Below are positions 9,937 to 19,951 of a stretch of DNA of 55,384 nucleotides, piece by piece. The stretch lies in assembly GCA_045047115.1 (NCBI GenBank), contig JASFYR010000020.1, forward strand, positions 1 through 55,384, read 5' to 3'. A model generated the notes under the pieces. It ran no database searches, had not been told where the DNA came from, and saw only the letters and a program-made list of their open reading frames with translations. Each line of letters opens with the position of its first letter. Within the stretch, counting starts at the first letter, position 1. The position numbers and the translations under genes were made by a program. Origin of the DNA: Sulfurospirillum sp. (GTDB lineage Bacteria; Campylobacterota; Campylobacteria; Campylobacterales; Sulfurospirillaceae).

Positions 9937-11173
9937 AAGTACTCAATAGGTTTGATATGTGTTCAAAGCTAAAATAGTTATGGCTGTTTTTATACTCGTA
10001 AGTAAATTCCACATTGTGAGCTTTTAGGATATTTGAGACTATATATAGCCCCAAACCAAAGCTTTTATGCGAGATATTGTCTTGCGTAAAAGGCTCTATA
10101 TAGTGTTCTAGTGTATCACCAAGAGGGTTTCCCTGAGATATAAAGGAGATCCTGTCGTAAGTTGTTTCTATTATAACCTTTTTGTCTATTGAGTATTTTA
10201 TGCCATTGTCAAGTACATTTTTTATAGCTGTTGTAAAAAGCCTGAAATCCACATTTAGAAGCAGATTTTTTTCTATATTTATATCTACCTGTTTTACTGG
10301 AATCATCGCTAAGTCTATGGCTTCATCAAGTATATCGCTGAGTCTATATGGCTTTATATTTCTAAGACCCTCTCCAGATGTAATTTGTTCGATAGATACA
10401 AATTCATTTATCAAAAGTTCCAATTTTTCAAATACCTTTATTAGCCTCTGTTTTTGCTTGGTATTTTCGATCATTTCAACACTGATTCTGCCTTTTGTGA
10501 TAGGAGTTTTTAACTCATGCATGATATTTCTGAGAAAAAGTTGTCTTGATTGATTTAGTTTTTTTATCTGATTTACGGCATTTTGAAAGGAGTTTGATAC
10601 TTGAGAAATCTCATCTTCACCCTCGCTTACGCACGATATGTCAAGATCTCCTTTTGCAAATTTATCCATTTGTCGCTTAAGCTTTCTTAGTGGTTTAATT
10701 TTTTTGATGGTTAGAATATATCCCAAAATAATTATAAACAAAACCAATGCAAATATACCCCTTATAGTATGATACCTGTAAGGCTGATAATCCATATCTT
10801 TCAAAAGTAAAACTGTATCATTGTGCTCTATCAGGAGATAATTGTTTTTTTCATAAACCAGTATGGCAGTTGAGCCTATTTTACCCACAATTTTCTGCAA
10901 AACTTCTGCTTTTTTTATAATTTTTTTCTTTAAAACTTTATCCAGAATCTCTTTCATATTATAATTTTTGACTTGTGCTTCCAGTTGTTTTTTGGTTATG
11001 AAGTTGTTTAGATGAAAAAGTGTGGCTTTTGCAACAATTGTGTACTTGTTGTTAAGTTTTTCGGTATAGTTTTGTTTGTCATAATCCATCAGAAATATAA
11101 ATGCCAAAATGATGCTTACAACAGATATGATCGATATGAAAGTAATGCTGTAAAATATAGAATTTCTGTTCAT
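9935..11173 (-). CDS. cprS: ArsS/CprS-type sensor histidine kinase
   Basis: Two TM segments, HAMP, HELKTP H-box, NGIKYS and GLGL; same gene order as C. jejuni cprS-cprR-htrA/cbpA-hspR. Confidence 0.8.
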   Translation of the reverse strand: MNRNSIFYSITFISIISVVSIILAFIFLMDYDKQNYTEKLNNKYTIVAKATLFHLNNFITKKQLEAQVKNYNMKEILDKVLKKKIIKKAEVLQKIVGKIGSTAILVYEKNNYLLIEHNDTVLLLKDMDYQPYRYHTIRGIFALVLFIIILGYILTIKKIKPLRKLKRQMDKFAKGDLDISCVSEGEDEISQVSNSFQNAVNQIKKLNQSRQLFLRNIMHELKTPITKGRISVEMIENTKQKQRLIKVFEKLELLINEFVSIEQITSGEGLRNIKPYRLSDILDEAIDLAMIPVKQVDINIEKNLLLNVDFRLFTTAIKNVLDNGIKYSIDKKVIIETTYDRISFISQGNPLGDTLEHYIEPFTQDNISHKSFGLGLYIVSNILKAHNVEFTYEYKNSHNYFSFEHISNLLST

Positions 11174-11853
11174 TGTATAAGTTTGTATCCTATCCCTCTT
11201 ATGGCATGTATGTATTTTGGATTTTTTGAATCTTCGTTTAGTTTATTTCTGATTCTGCCTATCATAACATCTATACTTTTGTTGCTGGTATCTTCATTGA
11301 TAGCATCTATGTTGTATATGAGCTCTTCCCTGGAGACTACACCGCCGCTTTTGTTGATAAGATATGCGAGTATTTCATATTCTGCTACAGTAAGATTCAA
11401 CTCTTTTTCTAGAAAAGTTATGCTCATCTTTTCCTCGTTTAAAATCAAATCTTTCTTTGCTTCTTTGGTAGTGTTGTCTGCCTTAAAATCCTGATGATGC
11501 CTTCTTAAAAGGCTCATAATTCTGGCTCTAAGCTCCAAGGGATCATATGGTTTGGGCAGATAATCATCTGCACCATTTTCCAAAGCGGTGACTTTATCAT
11601 CCAAATCATGTCTTGCCGAAGAGATGATGATGGGTATGGTGTGTCTTTTTCTTATCTCTTTACAAACTTCCAACCCGTCAAGTCCGGGTAGAGTAAGATC
11701 TAAAATAACAAGTTCAAATTTTTCATTGTCAAGATAGGAGATACCTATATATGGCTCTTGGGCAATTGTTGTGTGTATATCAAATTGCTCTAGATACTCA
11801 GCTAAAATTTCAGCCAATTCTAAATCATCTTCAATCATCAATAACTTAATCAT
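11170..11853 (-). CDS. cprR: OmpR-family response regulator (CprR-like)
   Basis: IEDD, ILDLTLPGLDG, GADDYLPKP and IRGIGYK motifs. ATG 11853 has an AAAGG SD. Confidence 0.85.
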   Translation of the reverse strand: MIKLLMIEDDLELAEILAEYLEQFDIHTTIAQEPYIGISYLDNEKFELVILDLTLPGLDGLEVCKEIRKRHTIPIIISSARHDLDDKVTALENGADDYLPKPYDPLELRARIMSLLRRHHQDFKADNTTKEAKKDLILNEEKMSITFLEKELNLTVAEYEILAYLINKSGGVVSREELIYNIDAINEDTSNKSIDVMIGRIRNKLNEDSKNPKYIHAIRGIGYKLIQ

Positions 11854-11891
11854 ATACAATAACCTTTTAAAAAAATAAAAGGTTATTGTAT
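11854..11891 (-). promoter_or_regulatory. Perfect 16-bp hairpin covering the response regulator RBS, overlapping an extended -10
   Basis: ATACAATAACCTTTTA / 6-nt loop / TAAAAGGTTATTGTAT, immediately followed by ATG on the minus strand. Confidence 0.7.
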
Positions 11892-11910
11892 CATAAGCGA
11901 GCTAAGAGTA

Positions 11911-13323
11911 CTATTTTACCACAAGATATGTGACAAAACCGCCTCTGTTTATATATACCATTTTTATTTTGTTTTTGTATTTTTTAAAAACATTGTTTAG
12001 ATCTTTTATGCTACTAATATTTTTATTTTGCACCTGTATGATTATGTCACCTCTTTTAAATCCAATCTTATCAGCCTTGGAATCAAGTTTGACATCTGTA
12101 ACCAAAACTCCATTTATATCTTTTGGAATTTGATATTTGCTTCTTATTTGATTATTGATCTGAGTGACGGTTAGTCCCTTGATGTAGTTTTCTTTCAAAT
12201 CTCCCCCGAAACTTTTACTACTACTCATATTTGCGAGTTGCGCTGTAGCCGTCTTGATCTCTTTGTTTCTCTCAAATTTTATAGTAATCTTCTTTTGAGG
12301 GAGTATGGAGCCAACAACATTTTTAAGGTCATTTGCATTTTTGATCTTTTTACCATTTACCTCTATGATCAAATCTCCTCTTTTTAAGCCTGCTTTTTGG
12401 GCTGAAGAGTCTTTTTCGACTGTAAGTATCAATGCACCAAAATTATCTTTGTACAGACCTTTCATATCTGGTTTCAAGTCAGTGATAGATACACCAAGGT
12501 ATCCTCTTTTTATCTTTCCGTTGTCTATTAGAGATACAGCTATTTTTTTTACCATATTTGAAGGTATCGCAAATCCTATTCCGTTATTTCCACCACTTCT
12601 GGAGATAATCGCACTGTTTATACCTATCAAGGCGCCTCTTGTATCAACCAAAGCTCCTCCTGAGTTTCCAGGATTTATGGATGCATCAGTTTGGATAAAA
12701 TTTTCATATTGGTTTAGCCCAATGCTACTTTTGTTGAGTGCTGATACGATGCCTTGTGTTACGGATTCACCGACACCAAAAGGATTTCCTATTGCAAATA
12801 CTATATCTCCTGTTAAGAGTTTGGATGAGTCACCAAATTTTGCGACAGTCAGTTTTTTTGCATCGATTTTTATAACTGCTATATCAGTTTTTGGATCTTG
12901 TCCTATAATTTTTGCCTTATACTCTTTTTTACTGCCATGTATAGTAACTACTATCTTATCTGCTCCGTCAACTACATGGTTGTTTGTGACTATATATCCG
13001 TTTTGAGATATGATAACGCCAGAACCAAGTGAATATGCCTTTCTTTTTTGGGGTTGAAGTTTAGGTAGTCTGTTGCCAAAAAATTCTTTCAAAAATGGAT
13101 TGTTAAGCATCTCCTGGATGTTTTGATTTATGCCTATTTTTTTAGTGCTTGCTATATTTACTACAATTTTTTGCATATCTTTTATGGCATTATTGTATGA
13201 GAGTATAACATTTTTATTGGTTGCATTTTTTCGTTGCGGATTTCCTGGCATAGACTCTATCTGTATGCCGGCCATTAAAAGCGAGCCACTTAATAGTAGC
13301 GAAAATATCATAATCTTTTTCAT
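11911..13323 (-). CDS. htrA: HtrA/DegP periplasmic serine protease
   Basis: TNNHVV, DIAVIK and GNSGGAL catalytic motifs, two PDZ domains, signal peptide. Confidence 0.96.
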   Translation of the reverse strand: MKKIMIFSLLLSGSLLMAGIQIESMPGNPQRKNATNKNVILSYNNAIKDMQKIVVNIASTKKIGINQNIQEMLNNPFLKEFFGNRLPKLQPQKRKAYSLGSGVIISQNGYIVTNNHVVDGADKIVVTIHGSKKEYKAKIIGQDPKTDIAVIKIDAKKLTVAKFGDSSKLLTGDIVFAIGNPFGVGESVTQGIVSALNKSSIGLNQYENFIQTDASINPGNSGGALVDTRGALIGINSAIISRSGGNNGIGFAIPSNMVKKIAVSLIDNGKIKRGYLGVSITDLKPDMKGLYKDNFGALILTVEKDSSAQKAGLKRGDLIIEVNGKKIKNANDLKNVVGSILPQKKITIKFERNKEIKTATAQLANMSSSKSFGGDLKENYIKGLTVTQINNQIRSKYQIPKDINGVLVTDVKLDSKADKIGFKRGDIIIQVQNKNISSIKDLNNVFKKYKNKIKMVYINRGGFVTYLVVK

Positions 13324-13484
13324 TTTATTTTCTCCTTGATTGTATTTTTCTTAATTATAAATTATAATATTAAATATTGTTTAAATAGATTTTTAACTGA
13401 TCTTACTCACTATATCGTACCTATGGTGAGATGAGAAAGTGTTTACTGTGTTAGTCAAAGTTTTTAATTTAACAATATTGTAAC

Positions 13485-13519
13485 CTTGATTGACATAGAC
13501 TAAGGTTTTATGGTATAAT
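13485..13519 (+). promoter_or_regulatory. cbpA-hspR sigma70 promoter with overlapping HAIR (HspR operator)
   Basis: CTTGATT-N7-ACTAAGG (13485-13505) matches CTTGAGT-N7-ACTCAAG at 11/14; TTGACA 13490-13495; TG-G-TATAAT 13511-13519. Confidence 0.75.
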
Positions 13520-13551
13520 GCCTATCAAATTTAATACAAGAGGTAAAGAGG

Positions 13552-14442
13552 ATGAGCGCAAGTTTATACGATACATTGGGTGTAACAGAGAGTGCATCTG
13601 CAGATGAGATAAAAAAAGCATATCGAAGACTAGCTAGAAAGTACCATCCGGATATCAACAAAGACAAAGGTGCAGAAGAGAAGTTTAAAGAGATAAATGC
13701 AGCCTATGAGATACTGAAAGATGAAGATAAAAGAAGACAGTATGACCAGCATGGTGACAGTATGTTTGGTGGACAAAATTTTCATGATTTTGCTTCTTCT
13801 CAAGGTGGTGCAGATCTCGATGAGATACTTAGAAATATCTTTGGCGGAGGTATGGGAGGAAGTCATGCAGGCTTTGGCGGATTTTCCGGAGGATTTAACA
13901 GCGGTGGCTTCGCAGGAGGATTTGGAGGTCATCAGGCCCCAAATCTAGATGTTGAAGCCAAGATAACTGTGCCATTTAATGTCGCAATTCTAGGTGGAAA
14001 ACACTCCATCTCTTATGGTGGAGAAAATTTTGATATAAAAATCCCGGCAGGCATCAAAAATGGTGAGAAGATGAGGCTTAAAGGCAAAGGCAAATCATAC
14101 AACGGACAAAAAGGTGATCTCTTCTTGCATGTAGAAGTAGCGAAAAGCCCGGAATACAAGAGAGACGGAAATGATTTGAGCAAAAACCTGGATATCCCTC
14201 TCAAAACTGCACTCTTTGGTGGAAAAGTAAGTGTTGTTACCCCATACAAAGAGGTGACACTAAAGGTAAAAGAAAATACAAAAAATGGTCAAAAGTTTAG
14301 AGTTAAGGGCTATGGTGTTGAAAATAGAAAGACACACGAGAAGGGAGATCTGTATCTGAGAGCAAATATAGTTCTTCCAGATATCAGCAGCATAGACGAA
14401 GATCTGAAAAAACAGATGAAAGAAAAATTACCGGAGAAATAA
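13552..14442 (+). CDS. cbpA: CbpA / DnaJ-class co-chaperone
   Basis: J-domain with HPD, G/F-rich linker, no zinc finger; upstream of hspR. Confidence 0.92.
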   Translation: MSASLYDTLGVTESASADEIKKAYRRLARKYHPDINKDKGAEEKFKEINAAYEILKDEDKRRQYDQHGDSMFGGQNFHDFASSQGGADLDEILRNIFGGGMGGSHAGFGGFSGGFNSGGFAGGFGGHQAPNLDVEAKITVPFNVAILGGKHSISYGGENFDIKIPAGIKNGEKMRLKGKGKSYNGQKGDLFLHVEVAKSPEYKRDGNDLSKNLDIPLKTALFGGKVSVVTPYKEVTLKVKENTKNGQKFRVKGYGVENRKTHEKGDLYLRANIVLPDISSIDEDLKKQMKEKLPEK

Positions 14443-14443
14443 A

Positions 14444-14806
14444 ATGCATGGATACGAAGAACCAGTATATTTAATCAGCGTAGTAGCAAAAGTTTTAACG
14501 ATACATCCCCAAACTCTTAGGCAATACGAAAGGGAAGGGCTTATTTGTCCATCAAGAACCGATGGCAAGATGAGACTCTACTCTCAAAGAGACATAGACA
14601 AGATAAAAATGATACAAAGACTAACCAGGGATTTGGGTGTAAATCTAGCAGGGGTAGATATCATCATAAGACTAAAAGACAAGATAAATGCTTATGAAGA
14701 TGAGATTGAAGAGCTTAAAAAGCATCTGGATGGAAATAATTTGAGCACGATCAGAAATCCTTTAGTCAAAAGGGAGAGTTATGAGATTATCCTTTTTGGA
14801 GAGTAG
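14444..14806 (+). CDS. hspR: Heat-shock repressor HspR (MerR family)
   Basis: YEEPVYLISVVAKVLTIHPQTLRQYEREGL and LGVNLAGV. Confidence 0.95.
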   Translation: MHGYEEPVYLISVVAKVLTIHPQTLRQYEREGLICPSRTDGKMRLYSQRDIDKIKMIQRLTRDLGVNLAGVDIIIRLKDKINAYEDEIEELKKHLDGNNLSTIRNPLVKRESYEIILFGE

Positions 14807-17083
14807 ATTAGTCATATCCTTTAGGCATAATGGCTTCGAATAGAGGTAGCCTTGTGCATTTTCACAGCCATTTTCCAAGAGAAATTTTTGCTGTTTTGTG
14901 TTTTCTACTCCTTCGGCTATGGTTTGCAGGTTTAATGTTTTTGATAAAGCTATAATTGCTTTTACGATTCCGATACTTTCATTGTCTGCCGGTATATCAT
15001 CTATAAAAGATTTATCAATTTTGATTTGATTTATCGGCAGTTTTTTCAAGTATGACAAGGATGAATAGCCAGTCCCAAAATCATCTATAGATATCTCTAT
15101 TCCTATGCTGTTTAGAAGCAGTAATTTTTCTATCGTTGCTTCTGTATTTGTCATCAACTGTCCCTCTGTTATTTCAAAACAAAGCCATTTAGGATCAAAT
15201 CTTATCTTTTTCATCCGGTTTTTTAAATCGTCTATGAAGTTTGTGTGCATAAGCTGTTTTGTAGTTAAGTTAAGATTGAGTTTTCCGGGATTTTGATTTT
15301 GATTTATCCATTTGGTGTATTGGGTCATAGCTTCATCTGCTATAAGACTGTCTATCTCTATAATCATTCCGTTTTCTTCAGCAAGTGGTATAAATTTTTG
15401 AGGCTGGATCAGTCCTGCTTGAGGATGTTGCCATCTTGCCAGTGCTTCTACTCCTATGATTTTGTTTGTCTTTATGTTGTACTGCGGTTGATAGTAAACG
15501 ATAAATTCATTTTCATTTATGGCATGACGCAAACTTGTCTCCATGATAACTCTTTCAAATGCACTTTCTGTCATGTCTTTGGTGTAAAAATTAAATGTAT
15601 TTCGACCTGATTCTTTAGCTCTGTACATGGCTGCATCTGCATTCCTAATCAGTAAGTCAACCTGTTTTGCATCCCGAGGGAAAAGGCTTATGCCAATACT
15701 GCAGGTTATATAGAGTTCGTGATTTTTGATAATAAAAGGTTTTCTGATATTTTTTAAAAGCTTATTTGCCAAAGCAGCTACATCATCTGATGATTTTATA
15801 TTTTCCAATACGATAGTGAACTCATCACCGCCCAGTCTTGCAAAGGTATCTTCTTTTCTGAGCATCTTTCCAAATCTATTGGCTACTTCTTTTATAACCA
15901 AATCACCAATCTCATGTCCCAAAGAGTCGTTTATCTGCTTGAATTGATCCAGATCCAAAAAAAGTACAGCAAATTTCATATGATTTCTATCTGCTCTGTA
16001 GATTGCCTGTGAGAGCCTATCTAAGAGTAAAACTCTGTTTGGCAGACCTGTCAGACTGTCGTGATGCGCCAAATGTTCAAGCAAGTCTCTTTGATGCAAG
16101 AGTTCTTTTTGTACTTTTTTCATTTCACTTATATCATTCCCATAGACAGCATATGCATCTTTATTGTTAAACTTGATCTCTTGCACCAAGGCCTGCGATG
16201 TGTATTCGCTTCCATCTTTTCTTCTATGTATCGATATGTTTTGTATAGAGTTTGCACCTCTGTCTTTCGCAACTTTTTTTAATTCTTCAATATCTTCAAA
16301 AGTTAAATATGGATTTATATCAAAAATATTCATTTTCAGCAAATCTTCTCTACTAAACCCAAGTTCGCTGATTACACCTTGGTTTACATATACAAAGTTT
16401 AGAGTTTCAGCATCCATTATATATAGTTCTATATTGGATTTTTCAATTATATTTGCCAACTCTTTGCTTTGCTGTGAAAGTTTTATTTTTTCCTGTGTCT
16501 TCTGTTCAATTTCAATTTCCAGAGAACTGTTTTTATCCATAAGAAGGTTTTTTGCATATAAATTTCTTTTTTCATATAAAATTATGAAAATTATGCTGGA
16601 CACCAGAGGCATTGATACATAAAAATACTCTATGGGTGTATACTGTTTAGTCATAAATGAAGAGAGTACAAAGACAGAAAGAAGTGAAAATACAGTGCTG
16701 ATTAGCCCTGTCTTTTTTCCTCTGAGAAAAAAAGCACACATTAAAAAGACCATATACCAGCTGGCACCAACCAAAGAACCATTTTTTCTTAAAAATGTTT
16801 CAGATACCAAGAGAAAAAACACGACAAGAAGTGTGTATGTAACCGGTTCTTCGTATTTTTTGGATATTCTAAGAATCAATATACTCACAACACTGATAAT
16901 AACTATGAACATATCTATATATGCCTGTATCATTTCCTTGTTGATGAACCTTGTGTAGGCCAGGATGAGTAGCATAAATACAACTATTAACAATATACTA
17001 TTAAAAAGGTAATAGTGTAGTTTTTCTTCATACTCATTTTTAGAAAAATCAAAACCACTTGTTAGAAAGTTGCGTATAATCAT
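14762..17083 (-). CDS. Membrane-bound PAS-GGDEF-EAL c-di-GMP cyclase/phosphodiesterase
   Basis: N-terminal TM helices, PAS (HRRKDGS), RKED I-site, GGDEF, EAL and DDFGTGYSS. ATG 17083 follows GGGGG; TTG 17095 is the alternative. Confidence 0.92.
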   Translation of the reverse strand: MIIRNFLTSGFDFSKNEYEEKLHYYLFNSILLIVVFMLLILAYTRFINKEMIQAYIDMFIVIISVVSILILRISKKYEEPVTYTLLVVFFLLVSETFLRKNGSLVGASWYMVFLMCAFFLRGKKTGLISTVFSLLSVFVLSSFMTKQYTPIEYFYVSMPLVSSIIFIILYEKRNLYAKNLLMDKNSSLEIEIEQKTQEKIKLSQQSKELANIIEKSNIELYIMDAETLNFVYVNQGVISELGFSREDLLKMNIFDINPYLTFEDIEELKKVAKDRGANSIQNISIHRRKDGSEYTSQALVQEIKFNNKDAYAVYGNDISEMKKVQKELLHQRDLLEHLAHHDSLTGLPNRVLLLDRLSQAIYRADRNHMKFAVLFLDLDQFKQINDSLGHEIGDLVIKEVANRFGKMLRKEDTFARLGGDEFTIVLENIKSSDDVAALANKLLKNIRKPFIIKNHELYITCSIGISLFPRDAKQVDLLIRNADAAMYRAKESGRNTFNFYTKDMTESAFERVIMETSLRHAINENEFIVYYQPQYNIKTNKIIGVEALARWQHPQAGLIQPQKFIPLAEENGMIIEIDSLIADEAMTQYTKWINQNQNPGKLNLNLTTKQLMHTNFIDDLKNRMKKIRFDPKWLCFEITEGQLMTNTEATIEKLLLLNSIGIEISIDDFGTGYSSLSYLKKLPINQIKIDKSFIDDIPADNESIGIVKAIIALSKTLNLQTIAEGVENTKQQKFLLENGCENAQGYLYSKPLCLKDMTNLLSKKDNLITLPFD

Positions 17084-17120
17084 AATAACCCCCAAATTTA
17101 AAAAAAATATTTACTTGGTA

Positions 17121-18049
17121 GGGACTGTAAACCAAACTGTGTAAACCACCTCTAACCTTAAATCCTCACTTTTCATATTTTACCATAATATCTTGAAAAA
17201 ATATGAAGAGCTGAGGATAGATCTCACTCCAATTTCTTATCTTAGTCCTGTTCCATTTATTCTGTACCTCCTGGGTTGAAAGATAGAGCATTTTAAAGGC
17301 TGAGTCTATTGTAGGAAATGAGCCTTTGGATTTAGTTTTTCTTTTAATATTTGAATTTAGTGATTCAATTGGATTTGTAGTATAAATAAGTTTTTTTACA
17401 GCCTCCGGATATTTAAAAAATGTAGAAAGTTCATTCCAGTTATTTGTCCAGGATTGAGTGATATGAGGATATTTTTTGCCCCAGATATCATGAAACTCTG
17501 TAAGTGCAAGCTGTGCATCTTCCTCTGTTGGTGCGGTATATACTGTTTTTAAATCTTTTGCTACTTCTTTTCTGTCTTTCCAAGATACATATCTTAGAGA
17601 ACTTCTAATTTGATGAACGATACATCTTTGTACTTCAGCTTTCGGATAAACAGCTTCTATAGCTTGATTAAATCCATTCAGACCGTCTATGGCAAATATG
17701 AGTACATCTTGAACTCCTCTGTTTTTAAGTTCATTAAACAGAGTTAGCCAATATTTACTTGTTTCATTTTCTCCAATCCAGATACCGAGTATCTCTTTCT
17801 TGCCCTCAAGTGTGATGCCAAGCATTATGTATGCTGCGATATTCTTTACTTCTTTGATAAAACTCTTTTAGCATACCTTTAAATTCATCCAGGACATCTT
17901 CAACATTGATGCCTTTTCCACTTCTTATGGCTTAAGCTATCTCTTCTTTGTTTATATATTTCATTGTGTAAATCCTTGAATATTTTAGATATTTGATATT
18001 TTACCAAATATCTATATTTTTGGATTAACACAGTTGGTTTTACAGTGCC
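17121..18049 (-). mobile_element. IS256-family insertion sequence, internally deleted
   Basis: Terminal IRs GGGACTGTAAACCAAACTGTGT and GGCACTGTAAAACCAACTGTGT (19/22); flanks ACTTGGTA and ACTTGGAG as a degenerate 8-bp TSD; 929 bp. Confidence 0.85.
17166..17964 (-). pseudogene. IS256 transposase pseudogene
   Basis: ATG 17964, TAA at codon 11 (17934-17932), out-of-frame junction after EFYQ. The C-terminal part retains DGL, QRCIVH and YTTNPIESLN. Confidence 0.85.
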
Positions 18050-18065
18050 ACTTGGAGAGCAACAA

Positions 18066-18230
18066 GGTTAATTATAATTATACTGTGAACTACCATTTGG
18101 TTAAAGAGCCAAAGGCTTCCTAACTAGCAACTTCCAACGAAGTTGAGCGAAAGGCTTTATGTTTTAAGTCCATAGGGATAGTTCCTAGCCCAAACGACTC
18201 TAATCCTCTTTTCAAGATAGTTTGTGATGC
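18066..18230 (-). ncRNA. Predicted TnpB omegaRNA (reRNA) with flank-derived guide; 5' boundary approximate
   Basis: Hairpins in the tnpB 3' end (CAACTTC-gttg-GAAGTTG; GGGCTAG-gaa-CTATCCC) plus the right-end hairpin. The guide would begin at 18084. Confidence 0.5.
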
Positions 18231-19538
18231 TTGAATATCTGGGTTTGTTTCATATCCACATTTAGTGCATTTAAACTTATCTTGTTTAGGACGATTAGCT
18301 TTATCTCTATTCCCACACTTACTACACTCCATGCTTGTATAAGCTGGGTTAACTTTAACAAATGGTTTGTCATTAAGCATAGTTTGTTTATATTGTAGCA
18401 TAGCTACAAATTGATAGAATGAAGCATTTAATATTGTTCTATTAAGCCCTGATTTTTGTTTAACCATTTTTCCATGATTAATCTCATTGCCTTTAGAACT
18501 TTTAGACATATTTTTTGTCTTTAAATCCTCAACTGCTATCAACTCAAACTTATCTGTTAAAGTTTTAGATATTTTATGATACAAATCTTTTTTCTGATTT
18601 GCTAATGTTTTTGTTTTTATGTTTAATCTTTGTTGTGTCTTTTTATGGTTTGCTCCCAATTTTAATTTAGCTTTTTTAGCCTTTAAAACTCTTCTTGATT
18701 GTTTTCTCTCTAGCATTTTTACAACTTTTGCATAACGAATCTTCTTTCTGTCTTCCGCTCCATTACTTATAAGATGACCCTTTGTTACTTTTATTTGATT
18801 GTTATGCTTGTCTTTAAAGATATTGTTTGCATTTTGAGACACTGCTATAGAGTAACCATTCAGGTCTATACCGATAGATTTATAAATATCAAGATTATCT
18901 TTTGATACTACTAAATCTATCTCTTTTTGAAACTCGATTCCAAATGATACGAAATAACCTATACCATCTTTAGATATACTAATTGAAGACAACTTATAGC
19001 CTTTTGGTAGTTCTCTATGGTATCTTAGCTTTAAATCATTTTTTAATAATCTTAATATTTTAAACTTATCATTATTGTTTTTATTATTGATTTGATAGCC
19101 TTGATTATTCCAATTGAATGATTGACAAAGGTCTTTACTTGATTTAAAAGTCGGCATACCCAAATTATAAGCTTTTGCTTTTTCTTTTGGAGTTATTGCA
19201 TTTTCAATAGCCTTTAATCTTTTAGAAACAGTATCTTTACTAAATGCTTTTTTTACTGCTTTTAAAAAGTTTATTCTTGCTTGTTGAGTTACTACTGTTT
19301 TGAAATTAATCTTTCTATATCTTAAAGCTCTTTTAACTACTTTATCATAACTTGTAGCTTTTCAATGTTCTTTTTTATCTAAAATTCTGTTTTTCTCTTG
19401 TTCTTTTTGCCAAAGATTTAAACAGATATTATAGGCTTGATTATATACAAACATTTGATGATTTAAGAGTTGTTGTTGTTCTTGCGTAGGTAATAGCTTG
19501 TATTTGTATCCAAGATTAACAGTTTTTAGATAACTCAT
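18120..19538 (-). pseudogene. tnpB: RNA-guided endonuclease TnpB with one in-frame TGA at codon 59
   Basis: ATG 19538 overlaps the tnpA stop; N-terminus GYKYKLLPTQEQ; TGA at 19364-19362 in the same frame as ORF 18120..19163; GIDL, VEDL, CSKC/CTKC and NPDIQAS motifs intact. Confidence 0.85.
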
Positions 19539-19951
19539 TTATTATTTTTTCCTTGATTTTCTACATATTGTTTTAAAACTTCTAAAGTAACTCCACCAGT
19601 TGTAGCTAAAAAGAAACTTCTACTCCAGAAAGCTTCTTGCCATAGTTTATTTTTGATTTGAGGGAACTCTTTTTTTATCAATCTGCTACTTGCACTTTTA
19701 TAGGCATTTATGAATTTTTTTAATTCGCTTTTTGGTTCTGCTTTAAAAAGTATATGCAAGTGGTCATTATCACTATTGAACTCAATTATTTTTAGTTTAT
19801 ACTGCTCTTTTTCTCCAATATATTCAAATATCTCTTTTAATCTATTGCATATCTTATCATCAATTACTTCTCGTCTATACTTAACGACTAAGATTAAGTG
19901 ATATTGTAATAGATAGACTGAATGCTTATTTGTATCGTATATTGACTTCAT
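19535..19951 (-). CDS. tnpA: IS200/IS605 Y1 (HUH) transposase TnpA
   Basis: YHLILVVKYRR, DHLHIL (HUH), FWSRSFF and YVENQ (catalytic Tyr). Confidence 0.95.
   Translation of the reverse strand: MKSIYDTNKHSVYLLQYHLILVVKYRREVIDDKICNRLKEIFEYIGEKEQYKLKIIEFNSDNDHLHILFKAEPKSELKKFINAYKSASSRLIKKEFPQIKNKLWQEAFWSRSFFLATTGGVTLEVLKQYVENQGKNNK

Noticed and set aside
19320..19364. Selenocysteine recoding of the tnpB TGA
   Set aside because: The downstream sequence gives only a weak AU-rich stem, not a convincing bacterial SECIS, and the position is not a Cys site.
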